Shown: positions 30,999 through 40,955, counted from the stretch's first letter. The stretch is 64,000 nucleotides of DNA from Candidatus Hydrogenedentota bacterium (GCA_034669905.1 JAXMOL010000024.1:42884-106883); one strand, 5' to 3'. A program made the numbers and translations. The notes: generated by a model from the sequence alone, not told the origin.

Positions 30999-32282
30999 CT
31001 ACCCGTACATGCGGTGGGCATGGAGCACCAGGCCCGATGCGACACTTCCGAAATTATCGCCCGAGACGATCTTCAGGTCGGGGAAGTGGGATTGGATGCG
31101 GGCCATCAGGAGGGGCGACTTGGCGGTACCGCCGGTTACGTAGATGAGATCGGGTTTGGCATTCGCCGCTTCGACGACGTCGCTGATAAGACCGGAGATT
31201 TTCTCCAAGGTCCCTTCTACGACCGCATGGAGGCCATCACGATCGAGCGGGACGCTGAAGCCTTCCTCGATGAACTCGAGTGGGATGGTGCTCTCCGCCA
31301 CTTCGGACAGCGCAATCTTGGCCTCCTCGCAATGCCCTACCACCTGCTGTCCCTGTCGATGTTTGTGGAGACGCTTCAGTCGATTTACTTTTTCCGGGCA
31401 CGCCGGGTTGGCCAGGAAGCCATCGAGATTTCGTGCGTAGAATTTCTCCATCGTTTTCATCTCGTTGATCGCGATGGCCTGGGAGAAAAACCGGTTGGGA
31501 ATGGCCTCGCCATTCTTGAGACGCGTACCTTCCCCAAAGTGGGGCATGACAACGCGCCGCGCGATGGAAGTGTCCAGGTCCACACCTCCGGCCCGCGTGC
31601 CGGAGTTGGCCAATATGCGCTCTTCCATGTGCGCGCCACCCGAATAGGATGGCCCCAAGTTCGCCACGGTGCAGTCGGTCGTGCCGCCGCCGGAGTCCAC
31701 AATCAAGGCCACCACATCATGGGTGAGCTTCGCCTCGAAATCGAGGGCCGCGGCGATGGGTTCGAGAAGAAAAGAAATCTTTTCAAAACCGGCCGTCGTT
31801 GCGCCATTCCGAAGTATGCGCTCTCCCTGGCGATTGGCGTCCTCGTCCCCCGAGGAAGAAAAGTTAACCGGACGCCCCAGCACGACACTATGGAAGCGAT
31901 GCCCCGTTTGTGCTTCCGCGGTCTTTTTGATATGGGAAAGCATGAGGCCCACAATTTTTGAGAACCGCTCCACGCCAGATGCGCGCAGTTCCGGAAATCC
32001 GAGGAAGAGCTTGGGCGATTTCGCCAGTATTCCCTCGCCCGGCCGATCATAGTGATGGGCCATTGCGGTATTTCCAAAGAGAATGCCATCCCCTGAACGC
32101 AACGTGTCGTCCAGGGTTTGTCCCCCCTGATTCTGCGCGGTCGTTGCCGTGTCACCGAGGGGTGTGTATATCGCTGCGGGGAGATAGGGGCTTGCGCCCT
32201 CCAGGGGCACCAATTGGGGCTTGCCCTCCTGCCAGATACCCAACGCGCAATTGGAGGTTCCAAAATCTATACCGGTATACAT
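30999..32282 (-). CDS. yegD: Hsp70-family protein, YegD-like
   Basis: GIDFGTSN, VLGRPVNF, EPIAAALDFE, DSGGGTTD and VTGGTAKSP. Confidence 0.8.
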   Translation of the reverse strand: MYTGIDFGTSNCALGIWQEGKPQLVPLEGASPYLPAAIYTPLGDTATTAQNQGGQTLDDTLRSGDGILFGNTAMAHHYDRPGEGILAKSPKLFLGFPELRASGVERFSKIVGLMLSHIKKTAEAQTGHRFHSVVLGRPVNFSSSGDEDANRQGERILRNGATTAGFEKISFLLEPIAAALDFEAKLTHDVVALIVDSGGGTTDCTVANLGPSYSGGAHMEERILANSGTRAGGVDLDTSIARRVVMPHFGEGTRLKNGEAIPNRFFSQAIAINEMKTMEKFYARNLDGFLANPACPEKVNRLKRLHKHRQGQQVVGHCEEAKIALSEVAESTIPLEFIEEGFSVPLDRDGLHAVVEGTLEKISGLISDVVEAANAKPDLIYVTGGTAKSPLLMARIQSHFPDLKIVSGDNFGSVASGLVLHAHRMYG

Positions 32283-32329
32283 GAACTACTTTCTTTCAAC
32301 ATTTAGACGTGGAGTTTTGTCGGGTTTAG

Positions 32330-32371
32330 AAGGACCAAAGGGACAGAAAGGACGGAAAGGACCTGAACGAC
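32330..32371. repeat. 9-nt-period AAGGACnnn array
   Basis: AAGGACCAA AGGGACAGA AAGGACGGA AAGGACCTG AACGAC. Confidence 0.65.
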
Positions 32372-32574
32372 AAACCCCAACGCGAATCAGATACTTGGCA
32401 TCGAATCACGTAGGCGTTCCAGTCCTTTTCGACTCCGTGCGCGGGCGCGTGCATCGGCTTAAAAAAGGGCCCCCCACGTGGGCAGCCCATGGCAAACTAT
32501 TCTCTATTCGGCATCAGTAACTCACCAGTCATTCACTTTCGAAAGACTCCCCATCTCCCCGGCGCTCGAATTAA

Positions 32575-32943
32575 TTAGTCGCCCTTCAGGGCGCATTCCA
32601 ACTTCTTAGCGACGGTCGCCAGCCGCTTATCCCGAGTCCAGAGTCGGGCATCTGGTGTGAGTAGCGTCGCGCACAACAGGTGCGCATCGATGAAACCCAA
32701 GCCGCGCCCCATGAGGTTCTCGCGCGCGATGAGTTCGAGAACCTCGTCATGGCTCGCGACGACAGCGCCAGGCAATGCCGACAGCAGGGAAAGGACCTCT
32801 TCTCGATTTCTAAGGGAACCACAGGCCAGCTCCCCGATCACCATGGGGTGGACCAACACCTCTCCCGCGTTCAGATGTTTTGATAACTCAGGAACCCCTT
32901 CGTGGAGGTGGTCAATCCAAACCGACGTATCGACAAGGATCAC
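32575..32943 (-). CDS. vapC: VapC PIN-domain toxin (copy 2)
   Basis: Close paralogue of 21726-22097. Confidence 0.9.
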   Translation of the reverse strand: MILVDTSVWIDHLHEGVPELSKHLNAGEVLVHPMVIGELACGSLRNREEVLSLLSALPGAVVASHDEVLELIARENLMGRGLGFIDAHLLCATLLTPDARLWTRDKRLATVAKKLECALKGD

Positions 32944-33137
32944 GTGTCTTTAGGCCGGCGTCTGGAGATAGGCTTCAGTTGTGGCTCCGTGCCGCCGAGG
33001 CGGGCCAGGCGCCGTGCACTCTCGCGCTCGATGAGCGCCGTAAGGCCAGCATGAATCAGAGCTGCACGCTCTTTTGTGCCGGTGAGGCGTTGGGCTTCGA
33101 GAAGAAGTTGGTCGTCCAGATTGATGGTTGTTCGCAT
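32940..33137 (-). CDS. vapB: VapB antitoxin (copy 2)
   Basis: Near-identical to 22094-22291. Confidence 0.9.
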   Translation of the reverse strand: MRTTINLDDQLLLEAQRLTGTKERAALIHAGLTALIERESARRLARLGGTEPQLKPISRRRPKDT

Positions 33138-33160
33138 GGTTGCATCTCCATTGATGCATC

Positions 33161-33180
33161 TAATTATACATCAAATGATG
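33161..33180 (-). promoter_or_regulatory. vapBC-2 promoter/operator
   Basis: Identical 20-mer to 22316-22335. Confidence 0.7.
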
Positions 33181-33195
33181 TCGAAATGCATGTTC

Positions 33196-34113
33196 CTAAT
33201 TGCCGTCTATCAAAGCTGGCAATGCTGACAAGTCGGTGATCACTTTTGCGCGTGTTTCAAAGCCATCCCGAGAAAGTAGATCCTGAAAATGCTTTTCGCA
33301 GACCAGCACGTCGCAGTACATACTTGCAAACCCCAGCCCTGCCCAATCTTCGAGATCCGTCAGTTTCGGAATGTAAGCGTCGTTGCGAAGAACTTGTTTG
33401 TGAAGATGCAGATCAACTTTTTGCGACGGCATACTGTCCAGAATTGCAGTTATAGTAGACTCATCGAACTCCGAGAGATCATTCTTACTCAACCCATGTC
33501 TAGTCAGCACCATGTTGAACGGGTCCAGAATATCCATCCATGAAATTGCGTAGAGTGCAGGCACCCATCTATCTCGTGGAAGGCTCGATTTAATACTCTG
33601 CAATCCTTCGAGGTGCTTTTTGAAACTTGCTTGTCGATTTCTCTTGAGAAAAGGGGAAGGTCGTTCTCCGTTTACCATCTCCCCTGTCACCAAGGAACGT
33701 TCAAATATTTCATCATAGGGTGGTGGGAACTTGGTGCCTATATCGATGCCAAAAGCATGCTCGACGCCTCTGCCCAGTACCTCAATCTTGTCGACTTGGA
33801 CCCTCGGAAAGAACTTGCTTATTGCCAACTCTATTTCATTAATCTTTATTGCCCTGATGGAGGCGAGAGTCTTTCCAGCGGATATATCCCAGAGGATTCG
33901 ACCAAGACGTTCCCGCCTAAGCGGATCCTTGATTCGCGACGACTCCATATAGTGTACTTGAGACAAGGGCATGACTATCTGGTCGCTCTGAACAAGCCCT
34001 GGAATTCGAGCTATCTCTTCGGACTCTTCCTTGCCGTTCAGGACACGAGCGAGCTGTATCCATTTGTTTTGATCCAGATAGACAAGCGACCTGTTTTCGG
34101 TTCCGTGTCCCAA
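33196..34113 (-). CDS. Low-GC hypothetical protein, PIN-like acidic motifs
   Basis: LVYLDQNKW, SQVHYME and DLED...YCDVLVCEK pattern. TTG at 34113 preferred as start; the ORF is open to 34218. Confidence 0.55.
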   Translation of the reverse strand: MGHGTENRSLVYLDQNKWIQLARVLNGKEESEEIARIPGLVQSDQIVMPLSQVHYMESSRIKDPLRRERLGRILWDISAGKTLASIRAIKINEIELAISKFFPRVQVDKIEVLGRGVEHAFGIDIGTKFPPPYDEIFERSLVTGEMVNGERPSPFLKRNRQASFKKHLEGLQSIKSSLPRDRWVPALYAISWMDILDPFNMVLTRHGLSKNDLSEFDESTITAILDSMPSQKVDLHLHKQVLRNDAYIPKLTDLEDWAGLGFASMYCDVLVCEKHFQDLLSRDGFETRAKVITDLSALPALIDGN

Positions 34114-34245
34114 ATCTCCGCCCCACTCCTTTGAAAGGCCCTGCCTCACGATATCGAGGCGGCGCCAAATCGCTTTCAATCCAGACCGGCGAAAACGGGA
34201 CACCAATACTGAATACACCGCAATTTCGGTACCTGCTTACGCAGC

Positions 34246-35049
34246 TTATGAATCTTTCACTTTGCCCTTAAGCTGGCTGAGTTTTATGCTCGCGTCCTTA
34301 AGCTTCTCCGCCTTCTTCAATTCGTTCAACTTTTCGTCGAGTATGAGCTCAATACCCACCCTCAACGTGTCGAAGTGGGCCAAGCATTCATCCTCATTTA
34401 GCTCATGAACGCCGAGACTCAGAATCGAATACATAGTCTTATTTTGTACCAGGAACTCAGGTAGGTGCGGTGCAGTCAACTTAATTTTATCCTCCATCCG
34501 GGCTTTCTGATATTCTTCTTCAGCAACGGTACCTTCCTTCAAGCATTCTTCATACGCTTCACGAATTAAGTGCTCAAAAATTCTCCGCAGATACACGAAT
34601 GAGCCGATTCCGATCCCGTTCGCAGCGAGTCCAATCGCTCTTGTAAACTCTCCTAGCTTTTGCTCTGGAAGCAGTTTCTTGTATTGCTTAATTTCTGAGA
34701 TGTGAAAATCGGCTACTGACGGATGTTGCCCGACCTTTAGTAGTGATTGGCTCTCAGGCATCCAGAATATGAAATACTCAAATACATCATCGGACCGTTT
34801 GCATTTGATTCTCACATTCCGTATCCCACCTCTGCTATAGAAGGTCGTACTCTGTATGGGCACACTGCCCCCGCTGGCTTCAACGACGAAAGTAGAGTCC
34901 TTTCTTTTGTGGGGATTGTAACCCTCAAACTCCTCCCGGTTTTGAAGTGATGCGAAGATCCTTCGGAAAAACTCCCCCTCGGGGTCAATATGGCGAATCT
35001 TGGTGTACAGCGGTGTGTCGAAGAAGAACTTTTCTAATGTCATTTCCAC
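34246..35049 (-). CDS. Low-GC hypothetical protein, DUF4145/HEPN-like C-terminal helical domain
   Basis: AIGLAANGIGIGSFVYLRRIFEHLI...LSLGVHEL pattern; AT-rich composition. Confidence 0.6.
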   Translation of the reverse strand: MEMTLEKFFFDTPLYTKIRHIDPEGEFFRRIFASLQNREEFEGYNPHKRKDSTFVVEASGGSVPIQSTTFYSRGGIRNVRIKCKRSDDVFEYFIFWMPESQSLLKVGQHPSVADFHISEIKQYKKLLPEQKLGEFTRAIGLAANGIGIGSFVYLRRIFEHLIREAYEECLKEGTVAEEEYQKARMEDKIKLTAPHLPEFLVQNKTMYSILSLGVHELNEDECLAHFDTLRVGIELILDEKLNELKKAEKLKDASIKLSQLKGKVKDS

Positions 35050-35286
35050 GATTGGATGCCCCTTTTCGGCTCATGCTACAGTTCGCTGTTTACTCAATGC
35101 GGCGCACTCGAAACGAAACTTGGGAGAGTCTGGTTCTCCAGTATCTTCAAAGCATACCAACCCCTCAATAGTGTTGCAATTGTATTCGCGTTCCACACGC
35201 ACCAAGTAGGGGCCAACTTCTAGAATGCCTAGTGAATACGTTTCTGCAGACTGGTCAAACTTGTTCAGGATGCCAGTAAACTCTCA

Positions 35287-35313
35287 AAAGGGCCGCCCAC
35301 TTGGGCGGCCCTT
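35287..35313 (-). terminator. Rho-independent terminator of the E2-E1 genes
   Basis: AAGGGCCGCCCA-CT-TGGGCGGCCCTT with a T-run on the minus strand. Confidence 0.8.
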
Positions 35314-35342
35314 GGAAGTCTATTCATAAGCCGTAATATAGG

Positions 35343-37871
35343 TCAGCAGACATCCATCTTCGAAAGGCTCAGCATCTCCCCCGCGCTGAAATTGTTCGTC
35401 GGGGTGTAGCCGGCCAGGGGCTTGAAGTGGGTGTGGAAAGCGTCGAGGAACCAGTTCACTTGGGGGAAGTATTCCTCTTCCATTTCCGCCGGGGGCACGA
35501 TCCAGTTTTCGGCACCCAAGACCACGGCCGGTGCGTCGAGGTGATCGAAGGCCATGGTGCTGATGCGCGACGCGATGGTGTGCATGAAGCTGCCCCGCTC
35601 GCAGGCGTCGCTCGCAAGAATCAGACGGCCGGTCTTCTTCACGGACTGGTACAGCGTGTCGTAGTCGAAGGGCACGAGGCTGCGGCCGTCGATGACTTCC
35701 ACGGAGAGGCCGTGTTCGGCTTCGAACTGCTTGGCGGCGTCGAGGGCACGATAGAGGGTCGCGCCGAAGGTGAGGATAGTCAGGTCAGAACCTTCCTTCG
35801 CCACGTGGGGCTCGCCGAGGGGAATGCGGTAGTATTCTTCGGGCACGCCGCCTTCATGGACGGTCTCGGGCACGGTGTAGAGGCGCTGGCTCTCGAAGAA
35901 GACGACCGGGTCGTTTCCGCTGAGAGCCGTGGCCATCATGCCTTTGGCGTCATAGGGCGTTGCCGGGAACACGACCTTGAGTCCGGGGATGTGGGCGCAA
36001 AGGGCGGTCCAATCCTGGGAGTGCTGGGCGCCGTACTTGTTACCCACGGAAACGCGGAGCACGACGGGCATTTTGCAGAAGCCGCCGGACATGGACTGCC
36101 ACTTGGCCATCTGGTTGAAAACTTCGTCGCCTGCGCGGCCGAGGAAATCGCAATACATGAGTTCCACGAGGGCCTTGCCGCCTTCGAGGGCATAACCCAC
36201 ACCCGTGCCGACAATCGCGGCTTCGGAGATGGGCGAGTTGAAGAGGCGGTGATAAGGCAGGGCTTCCGTGAGACCCTGATACACGGCGAATGCGCCACCC
36301 CAGTCCCGGTTCTCTTCACCATAGGCCACCAGACGGTGATCGTTGTAGAAGTGGTGTACGATGGATTCAAAGATGGCTTCGCCGTAGGTCACGGCCTTCG
36401 TGCCCTTGAGCACTTTCCCGTTCGCGTCGATACCACTGCGGGATTTCTTCGCAATCTGCTTGACCCGGGGAATCTCGCTCATGGGGATGTTCACATCGTC
36501 TTCACGACGGAGGCCCGGAAGGGTTTCGTCGATTTCGTTGCAGAACATCATGTCGGCAATGCCGGTCCGGGGCCCGAGCACGAGGCGGGGCGAGTGGTCA
36601 TAGTCCACCGCCAGTTTGCAGGCTTTGGTGCACTTACGGGTGGCATAGGCCTGGACGGCGTCGAGGTCGTCCTGGCTGGCCACGCCGGCGTCGATAAGTT
36701 TGCCGCCGAATTCGACGATGGCATCGGCCTTGCGCCACATATCGATTTCGTCCCGCTCGCGGTAGGAGGACTGGTCACTCGGGGAGTGTCCGGTCTGGCG
36801 GTAACACTGCACGTCGAGGAGCACGGGGCCCTTGCCGGACTTGATGAGTTCCAGTTTGCGCTGGTAGGCGTCCGCCACGCTGAGGGGGTTGTTGCCGTCC
36901 ACGGTCTCGGCGTGCATGTTGTCGGGGTTCACCGCCGCGCCGATGCGGGCGAGGTGATCAAAGCCCATGGTCTCGCCGATGGGCTGGCCGCCCATGCCGT
37001 AGAAGTTGTTCATGAAGTTGAAGACGATGGGCAGGCCGCCGCGGAATTCTTCTTCCCACAGGCGGGTGAACTGTCCCATGGACGAAAAGCCGAGGGCTTC
37101 CCAAACCGGGCCGCAACCCATGGAGGCGTCACCGATGTTGGCTACGGTAATGCCACCGGCTTGCTGGACCTTCTTATAGAGGGCCGCACCGGTCGCGATG
37201 TCCGCACTACCGCCTACGAGGGCGTTGTTGGGGTACACACCGAAGGGCGTAAAGAAGACGTGCATGGAGCCGCCCATACCCTTGTTAAAGCCGGTCTCGC
37301 GGCCGAAGATTTCGGCGAGGAGGCCGTAGAGCAGAAAGTCGACACCGAGTTCTTCTTCGTCGGCCGTCTTAAGCGCGCTCTTCTTGCCCACTTTCAGGCC
37401 AGTCCAGTCCGCTTCGTTCTTCTCAACAATGTTGAGCACGCGACCGTCCCAGAATTCGGACATGAGACTGTTGAGGCCGGTGCCTTTCAGTTCGTCGATG
37501 GCACGCATTCCCTTGGCGATAACTTCGCCGTGGCTCCGGTGGCTACCGAAGATATGGTCATTGACGTTCAGGTGAAAGCACTCGCCCACGGCCGCCGCTT
37601 CCTGTCCGGTGGACAAGTGGGCCGGGCCCGCGTGGTTATAGGCAATGCCTTCGTAGTTCTGAGTCTTCTTGATGCTGTCGAGCATGTTTTCGAATTCGCG
37701 GATGACCACCATGTCGCGGTAGGCGCGCAGCAGGCGCTCCGGCGTGATGGCCTTGTTGCTCTTGAGCTCTTCTTTGACCGTCTTCTTGTAGGCGTTGACC
37801 TCGATGGAGCCAAGGTCAATCGTGTTGGCCTTGCGGACGACCTTCGGGTCTACCATAAGTGGCTTGGGCAT
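35343..37871 (-). CDS. Fused alpha/beta E1 of a 2-oxoacid/acetoin dehydrogenase-type complex (ThDP-dependent)
   Basis: HLSTGQEA, HRSHG, GMGGSMH, GDAS...NN, YRQTGHS, SPISEAAIVG and GAQHSQ. Confidence 0.9.
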   Translation of the reverse strand: MPKPLMVDPKVVRKANTIDLGSIEVNAYKKTVKEELKSNKAITPERLLRAYRDMVVIREFENMLDSIKKTQNYEGIAYNHAGPAHLSTGQEAAAVGECFHLNVNDHIFGSHRSHGEVIAKGMRAIDELKGTGLNSLMSEFWDGRVLNIVEKNEADWTGLKVGKKSALKTADEEELGVDFLLYGLLAEIFGRETGFNKGMGGSMHVFFTPFGVYPNNALVGGSADIATGAALYKKVQQAGGITVANIGDASMGCGPVWEALGFSSMGQFTRLWEEEFRGGLPIVFNFMNNFYGMGGQPIGETMGFDHLARIGAAVNPDNMHAETVDGNNPLSVADAYQRKLELIKSGKGPVLLDVQCYRQTGHSPSDQSSYRERDEIDMWRKADAIVEFGGKLIDAGVASQDDLDAVQAYATRKCTKACKLAVDYDHSPRLVLGPRTGIADMMFCNEIDETLPGLRREDDVNIPMSEIPRVKQIAKKSRSGIDANGKVLKGTKAVTYGEAIFESIVHHFYNDHRLVAYGEENRDWGGAFAVYQGLTEALPYHRLFNSPISEAAIVGTGVGYALEGGKALVELMYCDFLGRAGDEVFNQMAKWQSMSGGFCKMPVVLRVSVGNKYGAQHSQDWTALCAHIPGLKVVFPATPYDAKGMMATALSGNDPVVFFESQRLYTVPETVHEGGVPEEYYRIPLGEPHVAKEGSDLTILTFGATLYRALDAAKQFEAEHGLSVEVIDGRSLVPFDYDTLYQSVKKTGRLILASDACERGSFMHTIASRISTMAFDHLDAPAVVLGAENWIVPPAEMEEEYFPQVNWFLDAFHTHFKPLAGYTPTNNFSAGEMLSLSKMDVC

Positions 37872-37940
37872 GGTGGGTTTCCTTAACGGTTTGTTAATTT
37901 CAATATCGTGATCGTGCAATGGCTGCGCGATTGTCTTTTT

Positions 37941-37978
37941 ATGGGTCGTATGAGTCTTATAGGTCGTATACGACCCAT
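37941..37978. repeat. 9-nt-period ATAGGTCGT-type array, palindromic
   Basis: ATGGGTCGT ATGAGTCTT ATAGGTCGT ATACGACCCAT; related array at 39467-39496. Confidence 0.6.
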
Positions 37979-38067
37979 TGTTTTCTCGTTACGACGGTCC
38001 TCCGTCGTAATGCATACCGTTCCGCTCCCGCGGAACTACACAGGCGGGACGCCTGTGCCACCCTACG

Positions 38068-39417
38068 CTAGAAGTCCGCCGTTTCCAGCAGGGTCTTCAG
38101 GTGGCCCATGAACTGGGCAGCCACGGCGCCGTCGATGACGCGGTGATCGCTGCTCAGGGTCAGTTTCATCATGGGACGAACCTGGATGCCGCCATCAATG
38201 ACCACGGCCTGCTCTTTGATCTGGCCAATCGCCAGAATCGCGCTGTCGGGCTGGTTGATGATGGCTGTGAAGGAATCCACGCCAAAGGCGCCGAGGTTCG
38301 ATACGGTGAAGGTGCTGCCGGCATAGTCGTCGGGAACCAGCTTACCGGTCCGCGCTTTCTCGGCGAGGGCCTTGCACTCTTTATTAATGTCCTGGAGGGA
38401 CTTGTTCTGAATGCCCTTCACGACGGGCACAATAAGCCCGGCTTCCATGGCGACCGCGAAACCAAGGTTGATGGTATCGCGCATTTCGATGGCGTCGCCC
38501 AGCCATTTGGCGTTGACCATGGGGAAGGCCTGAATGGCCCGGGTCGTGGCGCGCATGACGAGGTCGTTGAAGGAAGGCTTGAAGTTGGGTAGGGCACCGC
38601 GGAAGGCCACCGATTCTTTCATGTCGACGTCGACGGTGATGTAGAAATGGGGGGCGCCAAACTTGCTCTCCACCATGCGCTCGGCAATGATGCGGCGCAT
38701 GGGCGTAAGGGGAACTACTGAGCCCGTGAGGGGCTGGGCAGCCGGTGCGCTCGTGGCGGGCGCGGCGGCGGCAGGTGCGGACGTGGCAGCGGCCACCACA
38801 TCGTCTTTGGCAACGCGACCGGATTGCCCCGGAGCAACCGTCGTGATGTCGATGCCCTGCTCGCGGGCCACACGGCGGGCCGTTGGCGTCGAGCGAACAG
38901 AACCCCGCTTCGCGTCGTAAGCGAGGACGTCTTCTTCGATGATGCGGCCTTCGGGTCCGGAGGCGGAAAGGTGAGCGGGGTCCACATGGAGGCGCTGGGC
39001 CGTGGAACGCGCCCGGGGGGACATGGAACCACTGGCGACAGAAGCGTCGGCCGGTGCGGGTGCTTCGGCGGCAGCGACGGGCGCTTCCACTACCGGCTCG
39101 GGGCTGGCAGCGGGTGCGGCTTCGGCCACCGGGGCTTCGGCACCGTCTACGGCATATTGCGACAGGTCGGGCAGGGCTTCGTCGGCTTCACCTACGAGGG
39201 CCACCACCGTCAAGACGGGCACTTCGACCTCCTCGGGAATGAGAATTTTCCGCAGGATGCCACTTGCCGTGGATTCGGCTTCAATCTCGGCCTTGTCCGT
39301 CTGGATGGTGAAGATGGGCTCGCCCTGTTCGACGGCGTCCCCTTCCTTCTTCAGCCATTGGGTTATCTCGGCCTCTTCCACACTCTGTCCCAATTGGGGT
39401 AGTTTAATTTCGTGCAT
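38068..39417 (-). CDS. Dihydrolipoamide acyltransferase E2 (one lipoyl domain, two peripheral subunit-binding domains)
   Basis: TDKA lipoyl motif, two PSBD repeats and catalytic DHRVIDG. Confidence 0.92.
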   Translation of the reverse strand: MHEIKLPQLGQSVEEAEITQWLKKEGDAVEQGEPIFTIQTDKAEIEAESTASGILRKILIPEEVEVPVLTVVALVGEADEALPDLSQYAVDGAEAPVAEAAPAASPEPVVEAPVAAAEAPAPADASVASGSMSPRARSTAQRLHVDPAHLSASGPEGRIIEEDVLAYDAKRGSVRSTPTARRVAREQGIDITTVAPGQSGRVAKDDVVAAATSAPAAAAPATSAPAAQPLTGSVVPLTPMRRIIAERMVESKFGAPHFYITVDVDMKESVAFRGALPNFKPSFNDLVMRATTRAIQAFPMVNAKWLGDAIEMRDTINLGFAVAMEAGLIVPVVKGIQNKSLQDINKECKALAEKARTGKLVPDDYAGSTFTVSNLGAFGVDSFTAIINQPDSAILAIGQIKEQAVVIDGGIQVRPMMKLTLSSDHRVIDGAVAAQFMGHLKTLLETADF

Positions 39418-39466
39418 GGGTTTTCCTGTCGTTTTGGATTATGTTCCGTGCCACCTATGCGGGGCG

Positions 39467-39496
39467 ATGGGACGTATAGGTCCTATAGGTCGTATA
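39467..39496. repeat. 9-nt-period array related to 37941-37978
   Basis: ATGGGACGT ATAGGTCCT ATAGGTCGT ATA. Confidence 0.6.
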
Positions 39497-39665
39497 AAAT
39501 TCTGTCAGATTTTTATTCGCAACGGTATCTACGGGTGCCACCCTCAAGCGTTGTGGCGTAGCCACAGAAGCTTGTGGGTGAACGCTGCGATCACGTTCGT
39601 GACCCACACCCACACGCCACCACCACCGAAACGCCCTGGTCGGCGCAATAGGCTACATATTCTTC

Positions 39666-39829
39666 TCTCGTTCCCAGACTCTGCCTGGGAATGCACATTT
39701 TGACGCTCCGCGTCAGCGCGCTATCGCTGTTGCCTCCGTGTCAACTACCAGGTCTCAAATTATTTCTACAAAACTACTTCGGAGCGGAGCTCCGGGGACT
39801 GCATTCCCAAGCGGAGCTTGGGAACGAGA
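39666..39829. repeat. REP/REPIN-like inverted-repeat element (CTCGTTCCCA family)
   Basis: TCTCGTTCCCAGACTCTGCCTGGGAATGCA ... TGCATTCCCAAGCGGAGCTTGGGAACGAGA; sibling at 54953-55093. Confidence 0.75.
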
Positions 39830-39865
39830 TCGCATACTAAATTTCGCCCCGAAAGGGCGGTACAG

Positions 39866-40657
39866 CTATGCCACCACCACCTGAATTCCATTGTCCTGGC
39901 AATACTCTTCATACGCCTCGGGCAATGCGTCATCCGTCACCAGGGTCCCCACCTCCGACAACTTCCCGGCGTGGGCGAAGGTGACCACCCCCACTTTTCC
40001 GCGGTCCGCCAACAGCACCACCTCGCGGGCACGCTGCATCACCAACTCTTTGGTGTAGGCCTCGCCCGCATCGGTCGTGGTCATGCCTTCCTCCAGCGAA
40101 ATCCCAATCGTGCCCATAAAGGCCCGGTCAATGTGGAGTTCTTCAAGCATGAAACGGGTCAGCGGACCCACCATGGTCTGGCTCAGCCGCCGTAACTCGC
40201 CGCCAATCAAAATCAACTGGGGACCGCTCCCCGCCAACTCGGAGGCCGCCCGCAGAGAATTGGTCACCACGGTCAGGCCGTCTCGGTCGCGCAAAAGGCG
40301 GGCCAGGGCCAAGACCGTGCTACCGCCATCGAGATAAATTGTCTCACGGGAGCCGATCAGTTCCAGGGCCTTCCGGGCGATACGCTCTTTCTGCCCCGTG
40401 GCAATGGCCGTCTTGTCATCAAAGCCGGGCTCTTCATAGCGCTTCTTCTTCACCGCCACCGCACCACCATGGACCCGCCGGGCCTCGCCACGGCGCTCCA
40501 ACTCCTCCAGATCCCGCCGCACCGTCGCCGGGGAAACTTCCAGCGCCTCGCACAGCTCATCTACCCGAACGACGGTCGATTCGCGTAGAATGGCGCGAAG
40601 GCGGTCCAGTCGCTCGGCGGCGAGCTCTTTGTGCTTTATGGTTCGGGTCGGTGTCAT
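39866..40657 (-). CDS. DeoR/GlpR-family transcriptional regulator
   Basis: VSPATVRRDL HTH, RVHGGA, YLDGGST and VTNS. Confidence 0.93.
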   Translation of the reverse strand: MTPTRTIKHKELAAERLDRLRAILRESTVVRVDELCEALEVSPATVRRDLEELERRGEARRVHGGAVAVKKKRYEEPGFDDKTAIATGQKERIARKALELIGSRETIYLDGGSTVLALARLLRDRDGLTVVTNSLRAASELAGSGPQLILIGGELRRLSQTMVGPLTRFMLEELHIDRAFMGTIGISLEEGMTTTDAGEAYTKELVMQRAREVVLLADRGKVGVVTFAHAGKLSEVGTLVTDDALPEAYEEYCQDNGIQVVVA

Positions 40658-40718
40658 GGTTATCTCAACGCGCGCGATAGCAAGATTCCGTCTTCAAACT
40701 GAAAGCCTGTGGGGCAAT

Positions 40719-40802
40719 CGTCATTCCCGCGAAGGCGGGAATCCAGAACGTGGCCGCAGTCCCTCCGCGTGTCACTGGAGCCCCGCCTTCGCGGGGGTGA
40801 CG
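40719..40802. repeat. REP-like doublet (GTCATTCCCGCGAAGGCGGGAATCCAG family)
   Basis: Two inverted palindromic units: CGTCATTCCCGCGAAGGCGGGAATCCAG ... CTGGAGCCCCGCCTTCGCGGGGGTGACG. Confidence 0.75.
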
Positions 40803-40859
40803 TGCTAGAGGAAACTCAACGGTTCAAATGAAGATCAAGAATCCGTTCGACAGATTATC

Positions 40860-40897
40860 TTGCAATTTCATGATAGATTATACTATATTTATGAAAG
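40860..40897 (+). promoter_or_regulatory. Candidate sigma70 promoter and DeoR operator of the dehydrogenase genes
   Basis: AT-rich TTGCAA...TATATT overlapped by an inverted TTTCAT...ATGAAA, in the divergent deoR intergenic region. Confidence 0.4.
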
Positions 40898-40955
40898 AAA
40901 TCAATCACAAACAATCAAGCTCTTGCAAAGAGCGTTATAAGGAAGCGACCACACC

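Noticed and set aside
33196..35049. Integron cassettes in the low-GC inserts
   Set aside because: No attC-like RYYYAAC...GTTRRRY palindromes were seen after the stop codons.
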